64,000 bases of DNA, from NCBI GenBank assembly GCA_964491925.1, contig CAZBGZ010000001.1, positions 701-64,700 of the forward strand, in the 5' to 3' direction. The translations under genes were made by a program, and so were the position numbers. Each line of letters opens with the position of its first letter. The first letter of the stretch is position 1. A model generated the notes under the pieces. That model made no database searches. It was not told the origin of the DNA and saw only the letters and a list, made by a program, of their open reading frames with translations. Below are positions 41,167 through 51,427 of this stretch, piece after piece. Origin of the DNA: an uncultured Candidatus Saccharibacteria bacterium (GTDB lineage: Bacteria; Patescibacteriota; Saccharimonadia; Saccharimonadales; JAGQNJ01).

Positions 41167-42063
41167 ATGGTCAAAAAAACTAAAAACAAAAAAACTAAAC
41201 AAAATCCTAAGTTTCTAAAGGCGTTATTACTGGCTGGGATTATTATTTTAATTGGGACAATCCTTTCTCTCATGCTATCTGTAAAAAAGAAAAGCAGCGA
41301 AGCTGAGTCTAGAAAGACATACTCGGTTCACATTGTCGCAGGGCAATCAAATGCCGTTGGTTTGGGCAGCAATCCTGCCAGTTTCCCGTCAGATTCGACA
41401 AATAAAAAAATCAAATTTTATTATGCTCATGACACTAATTCGGGTGGGAAAATTGTAAATCTCAAAAACCAACGAATGCCAATCAGTAAAAGCAAATCAG
41501 GTTTTGGACCAGAAGTGGGCCTATCAAGAGAATTATTTAAAAATGGTTATAAAAATATTTTAATAATAAAAATTGCTAAAAGCGGTACATCTATGCAAAA
41601 AAGTTGGAACCCAAAAACAGGCACCCTGTATAATCAATACATTAAAAAAGAGACTGCAAAAGCTTTAGCCAAACTAGAAAAACAAGGTTATAAATATTCT
41701 GTCGATGGTTTCTACTGGATGCAAGGCGAATCTGATATGACTGCCGCAGCTGCACCGTCATATAAAAACAATCTGAAACTATTTATAGCGGCTGTTCGAA
41801 AAAACACCAAAAACCCAAGACTTAAGTTTGTAATCGGGAGACCAAATAACCCTAAATCGCCGGCAAAATACAGAGCAATGGTCAGGAGCGCTCAGCTGAG
41901 TGTATCGCATTCCGTCCCCAATGTTTCACTTGTCAATACTGACGACCTAAAACTAGCTGACTTTGTACACTACAATAGTGAAAGCCAAATCAAACTAGGA
42001 AAAAGATTCTTCCAAAAGATAAAACCATACATGGCCAAGAAATATCCTAACGGCCTAAAATAG
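41167..42063 (+). CDS. SASA/DUF303-type carbohydrate O-acetylesterase-like protein, membrane anchored (paralog 1)
   Basis: HIVAGQSNAVGLGS and YWMQGESD. N-terminal Lys-rich region plus a TM anchor. Confidence 0.6.
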   Translation: MVKKTKNKKTKQNPKFLKALLLAGIIILIGTILSLMLSVKKKSSEAESRKTYSVHIVAGQSNAVGLGSNPASFPSDSTNKKIKFYYAHDTNSGGKIVNLKNQRMPISKSKSGFGPEVGLSRELFKNGYKNILIIKIAKSGTSMQKSWNPKTGTLYNQYIKKETAKALAKLEKQGYKYSVDGFYWMQGESDMTAAAAPSYKNNLKLFIAAVRKNTKNPRLKFVIGRPNNPKSPAKYRAMVRSAQLSVSHSVPNVSLVNTDDLKLADFVHYNSESQIKLGKRFFQKIKPYMAKKYPNGLK

Positions 42064-42175
42064 ACCCGTCCGTCGAACTTTACAGCACACAATTGTTAAA
42101 ACAATATGTTTGATTGTATCTATTGCAACGGTTTATATCAAATGGTAATATATCACCAAAGTAAAAAATAAAAAT

Positions 42176-43069
42176 ATGTCACAAAATAAACAACTGAATA
42201 AAAATGGTTTCGCAATAATTGAACTTTTTGTAATTTGTTTGATTATTTTTACAATCATCGGTTTTGGAATATTTATTATAAAAAGGTCAGGCAATAATAA
42301 CTCTGTCAGCGAAGCCGAATCCAAACCTGATGTTTACAGTGTTCATATTATTGCAGGTCAATCTAATGCGGTAGGCGGCGGTACCTCCGAAAGAGACCTC
42401 CAGGAATCGAGCGTGGACCAAAAAGTCAAATTTTATTATCAGCATCAATCTAGCTCTGATGGTAAAATCGTTAACTTAAAAGCACAAAAAATAACTAGTA
42501 AGCAAACGGGGTTCGGCCCCGAAATTGGCCTAGCTCGAGATCTTTACGCCAATGGTTACAAGAAAATTCTTATAATTAAAGTGGCCTATGGGGCAACCGA
42601 CCTACACAATCAGTGGAAGGCACCAAATGGACCACTGTATACAAAATATATTCGTGGAACCGTCCCCAGAGCACTTCGCGAACTCAAAAAGCAAGGTCAC
42701 GATTACTCAATCGACGGATTTTACTGGGTTCAAGGTGAAGCAGACATGTATTGGGGGAACGGTAGATACTATAAAAACGATATGATCAACTTTATATCGC
42801 AGGTCAGAAAAGACCTTAACAAGCCAAATCTAAAAATTATTATTGCCCGCACAAATATGCCTGAAGCAAAACCTAGTGAGCGTAAACTAGTCAGGGATGC
42901 TCAGGTTAAAGTAGCCAATACTACCCCTAATGTAAGGTGGGTTAACACAGATGATCTACCGCTCTCAGATAACTTGCACTACAGCTCCAGGGGGCAAGTT
43001 ATACTCGGCCAACGCTTCTTTGAAAAGATAAAAACTCACATGAACAAACACTACCCGCAGGGGCTGTAG
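42176..43069 (+). CDS. SASA/DUF303-type O-acetylesterase-like protein with a prepilin-type signal (paralog 2)
   Basis: HIIAGQSNAVGGGT and YWVQGEADM. N-terminal NKNG|FAIIELFVICLII, with G at -1 and E at +5. Confidence 0.6.
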   Translation: MSQNKQLNKNGFAIIELFVICLIIFTIIGFGIFIIKRSGNNNSVSEAESKPDVYSVHIIAGQSNAVGGGTSERDLQESSVDQKVKFYYQHQSSSDGKIVNLKAQKITSKQTGFGPEIGLARDLYANGYKKILIIKVAYGATDLHNQWKAPNGPLYTKYIRGTVPRALRELKKQGHDYSIDGFYWVQGEADMYWGNGRYYKNDMINFISQVRKDLNKPNLKIIIARTNMPEAKPSERKLVRDAQVKVANTTPNVRWVNTDDLPLSDNLHYSSRGQVILGQRFFEKIKTHMNKHYPQGL

Positions 43070-43070
43070 T

Positions 43071-43412
43071 CTAGTTTACTTCTTGGTATTGTTCCTGTTC
43101 CCAGTTTGGTTTTGTTACCGTAATTATCTTCAAACTACTCGCTATTAAATAGCTGCTTTTATTTTTCGGTATGTAGACCAGATCACCCGGCTCTATAGAT
43201 TCCCTGATGCCATCAACCACAGACTCGCCAGTACCTGCTACCACAAAATACCATTCATCACATTCAGTATTTCTACCCTCACCAGACTCAGGAACACGCC
43301 CATTTAGCTCTTGGTAGCTAAATCCAACATCATTGCTTGGCAACCGATAATCGAATATCTTAACATTTTCCGTGTTGACTTCTAAGACTGACTGTTTCTT
43401 CCTTATTACCAC
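43071..43412 (-). CDS. cupin domain protein
   Basis: 113 aa. WYFVVAGTGESVVDG....IEPGDLVYIPKN. Confidence 0.5.
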   Translation of the reverse strand: MVIRKKQSVLEVNTENVKIFDYRLPSNDVGFSYQELNGRVPESGEGRNTECDEWYFVVAGTGESVVDGIRESIEPGDLVYIPKNKSSYLIASSLKIITVTKPNWEQEQYQEVN

Positions 43413-43421
43413 TAGGGTTAC

Positions 43422-44936
43422 CTACTTCGCGAACTCGACTGCGCGTGTTTCACGAATGACGTTGACCTTGATTGTGCCTGGATACTGCATTGTCGATTCG
43501 ACTTTGTTAGCGATGTCACGAGCCAATTTTATAGCAGACAAGTCATCGATATCTTTTGGCCTAACAAAAACTCGAACTTCACGCCCGGCACTAATTGCAT
43601 AAGCTTTCTCTATACCAGAGAATCCTGTAGCTATATTTTCTAGATCTTTCATTCGCTCGATAAAGTTCTCGGCACTGATATTTCGAGCGCCTGGGCGTGA
43701 TGCGCTGATAGCATCCACGACTCGAACAATCAAAGCCTCTACGGTTGTAGCCTCCACATCATCGTGATGAGCTTCTGCTGCGTGGGCCACTGGTTCAGGG
43801 ACACCGTATTTGCGAGCCATCTCGCCACTAATGTGGTGATGTTTACCTTCAATTTTATGAGTCAATGCCTTGCCCATATCATGAATCAGTGCGGCATACT
43901 TGGCAGTTTTTACGTCTGCCCCAAGTTCTTCAGCAATAATACCGGCAATGTGGGCCATTTCAGTGCTGTGTTTCAATACATTTTGGCCATAAGATGTACG
44001 GTATTTTAGCTCGCCCAGAAGTTGCAGAACTTCTGGTGGGATCCCCACAATTCCAACTTCCCTAGCAGCATCCTCACCAGCGCGGGTTACTTCTTTTTGT
44101 ACATTTTTCTGAGCTTTTTCTACGACTTCTTCGATGCGTCCCGGATGTACACGACCATCTTTTAATAGCATAGTTAATGCTTCACGGGCGACCTCGCGCC
44201 TAACGGGGTCAAAGCTTGATAAAACTACGTATCCAGGGGTGTCGTCGACCATGATATCTACGCCAGTTGCGCGCTGCAAAGCCTGAATATTACGGCCTTC
44301 TTTGCCGATAATTCGGCCTTTCATTTCTTCATCTTCCAACTTAACGCTTGTCACAGTGCGCTCTGCAGTAACCTCGCTAGCCATTCGCTCCATGGCCTGG
44401 GCAATAATTAACGAAGCTTTTTCCTCGGCGTTTTCTTTAGTCTCGTTCTGGATTTTGGAAACTAATCCGATTAGATCGCCACGAATATCTCTTTCTGTCA
44501 TTTGCATTAATTTGTCTGCTGCATCTGTTTTAGTTAATTTCGCGACTTTTTCTAACTTTTCTTGTTGTTTTGTTCGAATCACCCTTATTTCATTTTTTAG
44601 ACTTTCTACTTCGTCTTCAGACTTTCGCAGTTTTTCTGCACGTTTGTCGATTTCATCCAATTTTTTGTCTAGTGTTTCTTCGCGATCTAACAATCGTTTT
44701 TCAATGTCTTTAAACTCTCGGCGACGTGACTGCTCGTCGCGGCGAGCATTATCTACCAGCTCGTTTGCTTCTTCCTTAGCCTTAGCAACTACTTTTTCAG
44801 CTTCTTTTTGAGCTTTGTCGATTTCTTTTTTTAGTTTTTCTTCACTGGCCCCCTGTTTTTGTTTGGCAATAACTGTATTAGCACCAAACCCAACAGCGAT
44901 ACCAACCACTGCCAGCACGATGGTAATTGGATCCAT
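43422..44936 (-). CDS. rny: ribonuclease Y
   Basis: N-terminal TM helix, Lys/Glu-rich coiled coil, KH domain (IIGKEGRNIQALQ), and HD domain (ALIHDMGKA). Confidence 0.9.
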   Translation of the reverse strand: MDPITIVLAVVGIAVGFGANTVIAKQKQGASEEKLKKEIDKAQKEAEKVVAKAKEEANELVDNARRDEQSRRREFKDIEKRLLDREETLDKKLDEIDKRAEKLRKSEDEVESLKNEIRVIRTKQQEKLEKVAKLTKTDAADKLMQMTERDIRGDLIGLVSKIQNETKENAEEKASLIIAQAMERMASEVTAERTVTSVKLEDEEMKGRIIGKEGRNIQALQRATGVDIMVDDTPGYVVLSSFDPVRREVAREALTMLLKDGRVHPGRIEEVVEKAQKNVQKEVTRAGEDAAREVGIVGIPPEVLQLLGELKYRTSYGQNVLKHSTEMAHIAGIIAEELGADVKTAKYAALIHDMGKALTHKIEGKHHHISGEMARKYGVPEPVAHAAEAHHDDVEATTVEALIVRVVDAISASRPGARNISAENFIERMKDLENIATGFSGIEKAYAISAGREVRVFVRPKDIDDLSAIKLARDIANKVESTMQYPGTIKVNVIRETRAVEFAK

Positions 44937-45135
44937 ATCGTTCCCTTTCTATTTTGTCTGCTTCTCTGTTATTTAGGGCGTCACTCTCACTTCATTAGCC
45001 GCTAATAGAAAAACAGATAATATGATTAATCAATTGTTTATAACGCAGGTATATACTCACACCAAAAAGTCTCTGTATATTCCATAATCAATAATAATCA
45101 ATGCCGAGCAAAACGACAATCACATTTATTATTTA

Positions 45136-45528
45136 TTATTTCTTTGGGATAGTGATATGTGGGTCGCGGCCGTAGTCTGGCACAACTAGTTTTCCTGTTT
45201 TACCCTGGCCCAAACTTGTTATACCAGTCTGAATCCAGCCCTCTCCATTTGTCCCAACAATGGGTATGTCCAACTCATTAGCCAGCGTATTTGCCACCGT
45301 TGCACCAATTCTTAGTCCTGTAAAGCTACCCGGGCCCTTGAAAAAAACCACCGCCTCCAAATTATTCCAATCTTTTTCGAGAGGAGCCAACATCTCATCT
45401 ATTTTTGTATGAATTGTTTCTGAAAGCTGACGATGAGCCTGCCACTTTTCATAAGCCAACTCAGTCTTTCCCACAAAAAGGCCAATTTCGGCCTCTGGCT
45501 TATCCGTTCGAATAGTCAAAACTATCAT
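45136..45528 (-). CDS. tsaB: tRNA t6A37 biosynthesis protein TsaB (short form)
   Basis: FKGPGSFTGLRIGATVANTLA. At 130 aa it is shorter than typical TsaB. Has a 4-nt overlap with tsaE. Confidence 0.7.
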   Translation of the reverse strand: MIVLTIRTDKPEAEIGLFVGKTELAYEKWQAHRQLSETIHTKIDEMLAPLEKDWNNLEAVVFFKGPGSFTGLRIGATVANTLANELDIPIVGTNGEGWIQTGITSLGQGKTGKLVVPDYGRDPHITIPKK

Positions 45529-45977
45529 ATATCTCCTAAAATATACTCTAATGATTCTGGAAAATCACAGATCAGTTCCCTGCTAGATTCGCTAGTTGCG
45601 TTGATTTGGACCTTCAGTCTATTGGATGGCAAAACATGCTTGGCAAGATCAGACCACTCGACAATAACAACATTAGATTTATCATCAAGTACATCGGCAA
45701 GCTCGTGCTCAATCAATCCTACCTCACCCAATCTGTAAAAGTCGAAGTGATATATGGAAAAATCCTTAGTGTTATAAACATTAGAAATTGTAAAGGTGGG
45801 ACTAGAAACGTGATCTTTACTGCCAGTACCTGCCACAATGTAGCGCGTTAAAGTCGTCTTTCCGCCACCCAGGTCACTTATGAATTCGATAACTTCCCCA
45901 CCCCTGAGCGATTTACCGATTCTGCGTCCAATATCCTCGGCTTGGCTAATATCTTCTATCTTAATAATTTTGTGCAT
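45525..45977 (-). CDS. tsaE: tRNA t6A37 biosynthesis ATPase TsaE
   Basis: ISDLGGGKTTLTRYI, SPTFTI and HFDFYRL. Confidence 0.8.
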   Translation of the reverse strand: MHKIIKIEDISQAEDIGRRIGKSLRGGEVIEFISDLGGGKTTLTRYIVAGTGSKDHVSSPTFTISNVYNTKDFSIYHFDFYRLGEVGLIEHELADVLDDKSNVVIVEWSDLAKHVLPSNRLKVQINATSESSRELICDFPESLEYILGDI

Positions 45978-46036
45978 TACAAAATATATACTACCTCAAT
46001 TGGAGTTTTTTTGGTGATGTATAATATTGTTAGCTT

Positions 46037-46576
46037 ATGCTTTCACTGGGACTACAATTTATTAACAAGCCTATTCTTAGTTTGCGTACAGGTACGCAAC
46101 TTGGCAAGATCAGAGAGGTTATCGTAAACCCTGACAACTTAAAAATCGAGGGTTGGTATGTCGATGACGACTTTCATCACGAGACGCGTATATTATTGAG
46201 CCAAGACGTCCGTGACATTATTCCCCAGGGATTCGTGGTTAATGACCAAGATTCACTGACCAGCCCCAACGAATTAGTCCGCCTAAAACAGCTTTTAGAC
46301 ATGGGGTTCGAGGTTATAGGCAAGCCAGTAAAAACCGTTGCTAAAAAGCGGCTTGGCAAAGTAGCAGATTACGCTTTCGAGAAAGAGGCGTTTTTTATTC
46401 AAAAACTATATGTCGGACAATCGATTATTACTAGCTTTAGTGGGGGTAGTGCTATTGTTGATCGTTCGCAAATAGTCGAGATAACAGACCGGGAGATATT
46501 GGTCAACGATGCTACAGTGCCCGGTAAAGTCATGGCCATGCCAGTCGCTGATTCTGAACCAGCTCCAGCAAGCTGA
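46037..46576 (+). CDS. PRC-barrel domain protein (two repeats)
   Basis: ILSLRTGTQLGKIREVIVNPDNLKIEGWYVDD, plus a second similar module. Confidence 0.45.
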   Translation: MLSLGLQFINKPILSLRTGTQLGKIREVIVNPDNLKIEGWYVDDDFHHETRILLSQDVRDIIPQGFVVNDQDSLTSPNELVRLKQLLDMGFEVIGKPVKTVAKKRLGKVADYAFEKEAFFIQKLYVGQSIITSFSGGSAIVDRSQIVEITDREILVNDATVPGKVMAMPVADSEPAPAS

Positions 46577-46578
46577 TG

Positions 46579-47184
46579 TTAGTCGTCCACACTCATCGTG
46601 TTTTTTATATCTTCATAGCGAAAACCTTGCCCCGCTAGGTACGCAATTAGCTTCTTGTCGTCTTGGTATCTAGTTTGGCTTCGTTTTTTCTCTATCAATG
46701 CTTTTAGAATTTCTTGCTCGTCAGTTTCGTCCGCACCAAGTACCTCGTTGATTATTTCATCTGCTATGTGTTTCTGCTTTAACTCTTGCCATAGTTTGCG
46801 CTTGCTGATGTTTTTTAATAAGTGCCTGTTTTCAACCCAAGACGATGCAAATTTATGATCATCAATGTACCCAGCCTCATTCAATCTAACAATTATTTTA
46901 TCTATGATGTTCTGTTCGTATTCTTTGCGCTTTAAATAATCTTGCATTTCCCACTCTGATCTTGCCCGCCTAGATAATAAATCTAATGAGCGCATATAGG
47001 CTTTGTCCAAAATCGCGGTTTGCTGTAACTCTTCCAGCTCTGTCTCAGAATATTCTCGTCCAACCCTTATACCACTCTTCATTAACTCGTTTTCACTCAA
47101 TGAAAAACTATATTTTTCATCAATAAAAATAGAGTAACGCCCCTGTCGTTTTATATGTTGTTTTATGTCAGTGATTTTACTCAT
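46579..47184 (-). CDS. recX: RecX-like regulatory protein
   Basis: 201 aa. Repeated three-helix modules (RSEWEMQDYLKRKEY..., ...WVENRHLL) consistent with RecX. recA lies 3 kb away. Confidence 0.6.
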   Translation of the reverse strand: MSKITDIKQHIKRQGRYSIFIDEKYSFSLSENELMKSGIRVGREYSETELEELQQTAILDKAYMRSLDLLSRRARSEWEMQDYLKRKEYEQNIIDKIIVRLNEAGYIDDHKFASSWVENRHLLKNISKRKLWQELKQKHIADEIINEVLGADETDEQEILKALIEKKRSQTRYQDDKKLIAYLAGQGFRYEDIKNTMSVDD

Positions 47185-47292
47185 GTATTAATGATATCAA
47201 CAACTGATGCAAAAAGTGGTTAACGAAAGCTTGACATTGATATAAGTATAGGTGTAAATTCTTAACATAAGCATAAAAAAATAAAGGTACAA

Positions 47293-48570
47293 ATGAAACA
47301 AAATAACAAAGGGTTCTCTCACATAGAAACATTCTTGGTTTTAATAGTACTAATTGCCGTAGTGGCCGTTGGTTTTAGCGTATATAATCGTTCCTCGAGT
47401 AATAAATTAGCAGAGGCCGAAGGTTGCCCGATTGCTACTCGGACCGTAGCGGTCAGAGGAGAACATTGGCGAAAGAACAGGCAAGTCTGGGTTAAGGATC
47501 AAGGGGCAAATTATGTGTGGGTTCTAAAAATTGGCGGCTACTCCGAAAGACCTAAAGATATAAATAATTCTGAAAATAGGTTACTGAAAAATCATGACTT
47601 GAGACTATTACAAAGAAACGAGATGGCAAGTATGTTTGGTTTTGGGGGTACAGCCGGTGGTGCAACATGGGATGAAATATGCAAAAGCGAACAGAAATGT
47701 GGCGACCCACAGACAGCAAACTGGGGTGATGATGCCCGAATACGAAGTTGCCGTACGGCTGAACTCAACAAGTCACTGGCTACTAAGTATATGAAAGGCA
47801 TGAAAACAATATATACTGACAATAAAGGGGTGAACCTAAAAGCCTGCAGAGATTCCAACGACCCAGCTAAACCAGTAAGGTTTGCGGTTTACGATACTTA
47901 CACAAAGGCTCGTCAATTAGCTCAAAGCAGAGCAGGTGGCACGCCGACAGATAGTCAGATTGCTAGCGCACAAGGGGAACTATACAATTACTCGAGTCCT
48001 GACGGCAATCGACCCAGCGAAGCAAATGAGAATTTTGTTGGCAATCTATCTCTAAACCCTGGCAGGAGTCGTCTGGTTTGGAGCGGACGGAGCAAGATAG
48101 CGTCTATTCAAAGAATAAGATCGAACAGCAATATTAGCTGGTACACAGGACAGAGGCAACCGAAAGGCCAGAAAGAAACTTTGCTCTTTTACAACAAGAT
48201 CGAAGGCTATGCTAAATCATCAAATGGCGGAGAAACAAACCCTATAGTTAATTTTAGGATCAAGTATAGAAGTAGTGGCCAGCTTGTAACAAAAAGTGTC
48301 ACAGTTAGGTTTAAAAAATTGTCTACCTGTGGTAAGAAAATGTTCCCTGCCACATATTTTGAAGAGGCCGTCCAACAAGGCTGGGAAAAGGCAGAAAGTC
48401 CAATCAAGACAGGTCCGTACGGGAAAACACCTGACCCATATCTTAACAATACGTCATCACAGGAATCATCAAGTTCAACCAATTCTAGCTCCGGCTCAAC
48501 TAATGGCACTTCGGGCAGTTCATTTGGTGGCAGCACTACAGGCGGCAGCAGAGGGTCATCTGGTCGATAA
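47293..48570 (+). CDS. hypothetical secreted protein with a prepilin-type signal and a Ser/Gly-rich tail
   Basis: MKQNNKG|FSHIETFLVLIVLIAVV (E at +5). C-terminal SSSSTNSSSGSTNGTSGSSFGGSTTGGSRGSSG. Confidence 0.5.
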   Translation: MKQNNKGFSHIETFLVLIVLIAVVAVGFSVYNRSSSNKLAEAEGCPIATRTVAVRGEHWRKNRQVWVKDQGANYVWVLKIGGYSERPKDINNSENRLLKNHDLRLLQRNEMASMFGFGGTAGGATWDEICKSEQKCGDPQTANWGDDARIRSCRTAELNKSLATKYMKGMKTIYTDNKGVNLKACRDSNDPAKPVRFAVYDTYTKARQLAQSRAGGTPTDSQIASAQGELYNYSSPDGNRPSEANENFVGNLSLNPGRSRLVWSGRSKIASIQRIRSNSNISWYTGQRQPKGQKETLLFYNKIEGYAKSSNGGETNPIVNFRIKYRSSGQLVTKSVTVRFKKLSTCGKKMFPATYFEEAVQQGWEKAESPIKTGPYGKTPDPYLNNTSSQESSSSTNSSSGSTNGTSGSSFGGSTTGGSRGSSGR

Positions 48571-48634
48571 TTAGTACTTTAAGAAAATAAATAACTCATA
48601 AGCGATTTTACCGACGCTTAACGCTACTAACCTG

Positions 48635-49231
48635 TTATTCTGTTACAACAATAAATTCGCCTTCAGGAAGAGCGTGCACAGGCAAGGATTTGTTGCCATA
48701 GTTTTCTAAGTCAACTTTAGCCTTGCCCCAATCAATCGCACCACGCGGATCATCACTACCAAAATCAGAATCATAGTGCGGTATAAATTTTATCGGCAAA
48801 ACGGCAAAACCGTCTTGGCACTCTCTCCAATCGCAAGTGTAATAACTATCGGCGAGCATGCACGAGCTGGCTGAATTTGTCGCAACCACCTTATCTTTGA
48901 AAATAGATAGGTAGTCAAATTTTCGCATCCAATAAAATAGCAGGTCGCAATCTCCACCGTGGAAGTAAATCACATCGGTGTCTTTGCACTGCTCTACAAA
49001 TTTATCCGGAGAAGCCAATTCAAAAGTCGGTGTTACGTCAGTCGCCATGTCTTCTGTAATTGAGTTTGAATAACCTGCAAATTTAGGCTCCCAATACTCG
49101 CGTCCCTGGGCAAAATTACACAACAGAAACTTGGGATTATTGCCTAGCCCCTTAACAATCTCCCGATGGAATTTTTGTTTTAAATTAGGTTGATTTTTTA
49201 TTCCGCCCGAGTTCAAAACATATTTCGTCAT
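48635..49231 (-). CDS. peptidase S51 / type-1 glutamine-amidotransferase-like protein
   Basis: Weak by-eye resemblance (IYFHGGDCDLLFYWMRKF). Has a 4-nt overlap with the upstream gene. Confidence 0.35.
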   Translation of the reverse strand: MTKYVLNSGGIKNQPNLKQKFHREIVKGLGNNPKFLLCNFAQGREYWEPKFAGYSNSITEDMATDVTPTFELASPDKFVEQCKDTDVIYFHGGDCDLLFYWMRKFDYLSIFKDKVVATNSASSCMLADSYYTCDWRECQDGFAVLPIKFIPHYDSDFGSDDPRGAIDWGKAKVDLENYGNKSLPVHALPEGEFIVVTE

Positions 49232-49791
49232 AGTAAATTTCTTTTTTCGAGAATTTGTACCAATTCGGGCAATTCTTTAAACTTTGAGCCTAGATGATGC
49301 CCATTTGGGATAGTAACGATCTCGCTGTTAGTCTGCTCTGCTAGCCACTTCGCTTGTTCGATTGGACAATACGGATCATTATCACCATGCACAAAAATAA
49401 GTTTTTTGGACTTTGACTGGATTTTCTCAAAATCAAAACCGTCTTTTGGGAATAGATCTTTGAATTGTTCTGGCGGAGTCCATGGCTTTGCGCAAGTATG
49501 CCAAGAGCCTACCACAACACCGGTTTTGATAGCGGGAAAACGATTGTCCATCAAAAGATTCAACACGGAAACTGCGCCCGATGAGTGGCCAATGACTAAA
49601 TTATCAGTAAAATCCCATCCTGACCCAACAAGGAAGTCATTATAGACTTTTGCATTAGGCGTGTGATTGCCTGGTAAAAACGGCACCCAAACCTTATATC
49701 CTTTTCCTTCCAGCGTCTTTTTCATCCAAGGAAACCAATTAGCTTCTGGCGATGCATCTGTTCCGTGTAAAATAACCGCGCGCTTCATCAC
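49228..49791 (-). CDS. alpha/beta hydrolase, YdeN/RBBP9-like serine hydrolase
   Basis: AVILHGTDASPEANWFPWMKK and the GHSSGA nucleophile elbow. Confidence 0.6.
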   Translation of the reverse strand: MMKRAVILHGTDASPEANWFPWMKKTLEGKGYKVWVPFLPGNHTPNAKVYNDFLVGSGWDFTDNLVIGHSSGAVSVLNLLMDNRFPAIKTGVVVGSWHTCAKPWTPPEQFKDLFPKDGFDFEKIQSKSKKLIFVHGDNDPYCPIEQAKWLAEQTNSEIVTIPNGHHLGSKFKELPELVQILEKRNLL

Positions 49792-50301
49792 TTAATAATA
49801 CCTCGAAATTACATATTCTATACCATCCGTGACTTTATCAGGATGATCTTTTATATATCTTTTTATTTCGTCCAAAGTGAACCATTTAGTCTCTTCGACT
49901 TCACTTTCTTGCAATTTTGTTTTTTCGATATCGCTAACAAGTTTATAGACCCTGTTAAAACGTTTTATTATTTGCCCGCCAGACTCTTTCTTGCTGTAAT
50001 AAGTATATATTTCTTCCAAAGATTCTGCCCTGATACCGATCTCCTCAAAAAGCTCACGTTTGGCTGCCGACAAGTAGTCCTCGCCGCTATCAACATGCCC
50101 CGCAGCGGAGTGATCCCAGCAACCTGGGTAAGATTCCATATTATTCGAACGTTTTTGTAACAAAATTCTATTCCTAGAATCTTCCACCATTATTCTTACG
50201 ATTCTGTGTATCAATCCCTTCTGCCTAGCTTTAGATATGGTGGCACTACCTATAGGCTCATCGTTTTCATTAACGATGGTTATTAAGTTATCTTTTGACA
50301 A
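49792..50301 (-). CDS. NUDIX hydrolase
   Basis: Nudix box GHVDSGEDYLSAAKRELFEEIGI. Confidence 0.8.
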   Translation of the reverse strand: MSKDNLITIVNENDEPIGSATISKARQKGLIHRIVRIMVEDSRNRILLQKRSNNMESYPGCWDHSAAGHVDSGEDYLSAAKRELFEEIGIRAESLEEIYTYYSKKESGGQIIKRFNRVYKLVSDIEKTKLQESEVEETKWFTLDEIKRYIKDHPDKVTDGIEYVISRYY

Positions 50302-50303
50302 AA

Positions 50304-51341
50304 CTACACCTCTTTTGTGACGGCTTCGCGGATTTTTTTGGCTAGTTCTTCCATGACTTTGGGGTTTTCTTCTAGGTATTTCTTAGTAGCTTCCCGACCC
50401 TGGCCAATTTTCTCGTCTTTGTAGGCAAACCATGCCCCGGACTTCTCGACTACTTCCTTATCGACTGCGAGGTCTAGGATATCACCGGATCTACTAATTC
50501 CTTTGTTATACATAATGTCGAATTCTGCAATGCGGAATGGTGGTGCAATCTTGTTTTTTACAACTTTTACTTTCGTTCGGTTTCCGATTATTTCTTCGCC
50601 CTGTTTTATTTGACTAATCCTACGAATATCCATGCGCACACTGGCGTAGAACTTTAGAGCGTTACCTCCAGTAGTAGTTTCGGGGTTGCCAAACATGACG
50701 CCAATCTTCATGCGAATCTGGTTAATGAAGATTATTGTGGTGTTGGAGCGATTGATAATCCCTGTTAGTTTCCGTAGAGCCTGACTCATTAGACGGGCCT
50801 GGAGTCCCATGTGACTATCGCCCATGTCGCCTTCAATTTCCGCCCTCGGCACAAGCGCGGCAACAGAATCCACAACGATAATATCAACAGCGTTAGATCG
50901 CACTAGTGTTTCAGTAATCTCAAGGGCCTGTTCGCCATTATCGGGCTGAGAAACCAATAGGTTTTCTACTTTAACGCCTAGTTTTTTCGCATAAGCTGGG
51001 TCCAAAGCATGCTCGGCATCAACAAAGGCGGCTGTACCACCGGTTTTCTGGACCTCGGCGATAGCATGAAGCGCCAGCGTAGTCTTACCAGAAGATTCTG
51101 GACCGTAAATCTCTATAATTCGTCCTTTTGGCAGCCCACCACCAAGGGCAAGATCTAGCGAAATACTACCACTAGGGATACATTCAACATCGGCATTCGT
51201 GCCTTCGCCTAATTTCATAATAGAGCCCTTGCCGAATTGTTTCTCAATCTGATCCAGTGCCAACCCCAATGCCTTACTCTTGCCTGTTGCCTCTGCTGGT
51301 TCTGCTAGTTTTTTTTCTGTTGTTTTCTTATCTTTAGCCAT
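50304..51341 (-). CDS. recA: recombinase RecA
   Basis: [23 protein letters not shown] and [33 protein letters not shown]. Confidence 0.97.
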   Translation of the reverse strand: MAKDKKTTEKKLAEPAEATGKSKALGLALDQIEKQFGKGSIMKLGEGTNADVECIPSGSISLDLALGGGLPKGRIIEIYGPESSGKTTLALHAIAEVQKTGGTAAFVDAEHALDPAYAKKLGVKVENLLVSQPDNGEQALEITETLVRSNAVDIIVVDSVAALVPRAEIEGDMGDSHMGLQARLMSQALRKLTGIINRSNTTIIFINQIRMKIGVMFGNPETTTGGNALKFYASVRMDIRRISQIKQGEEIIGNRTKVKVVKNKIAPPFRIAEFDIMYNKGISRSGDILDLAVDKEVVEKSGAWFAYKDEKIGQGREATKKYLEENPKVMEELAKKIREAVTKEV

Positions 51342-51427
51342 AGCGTAACTTAGTCCTGCCCCTCTGATATATTATATGTAATTCTAGTATAACAAAGACT
51401 ACCGTCACGTAACACTTTAGAGTACAC

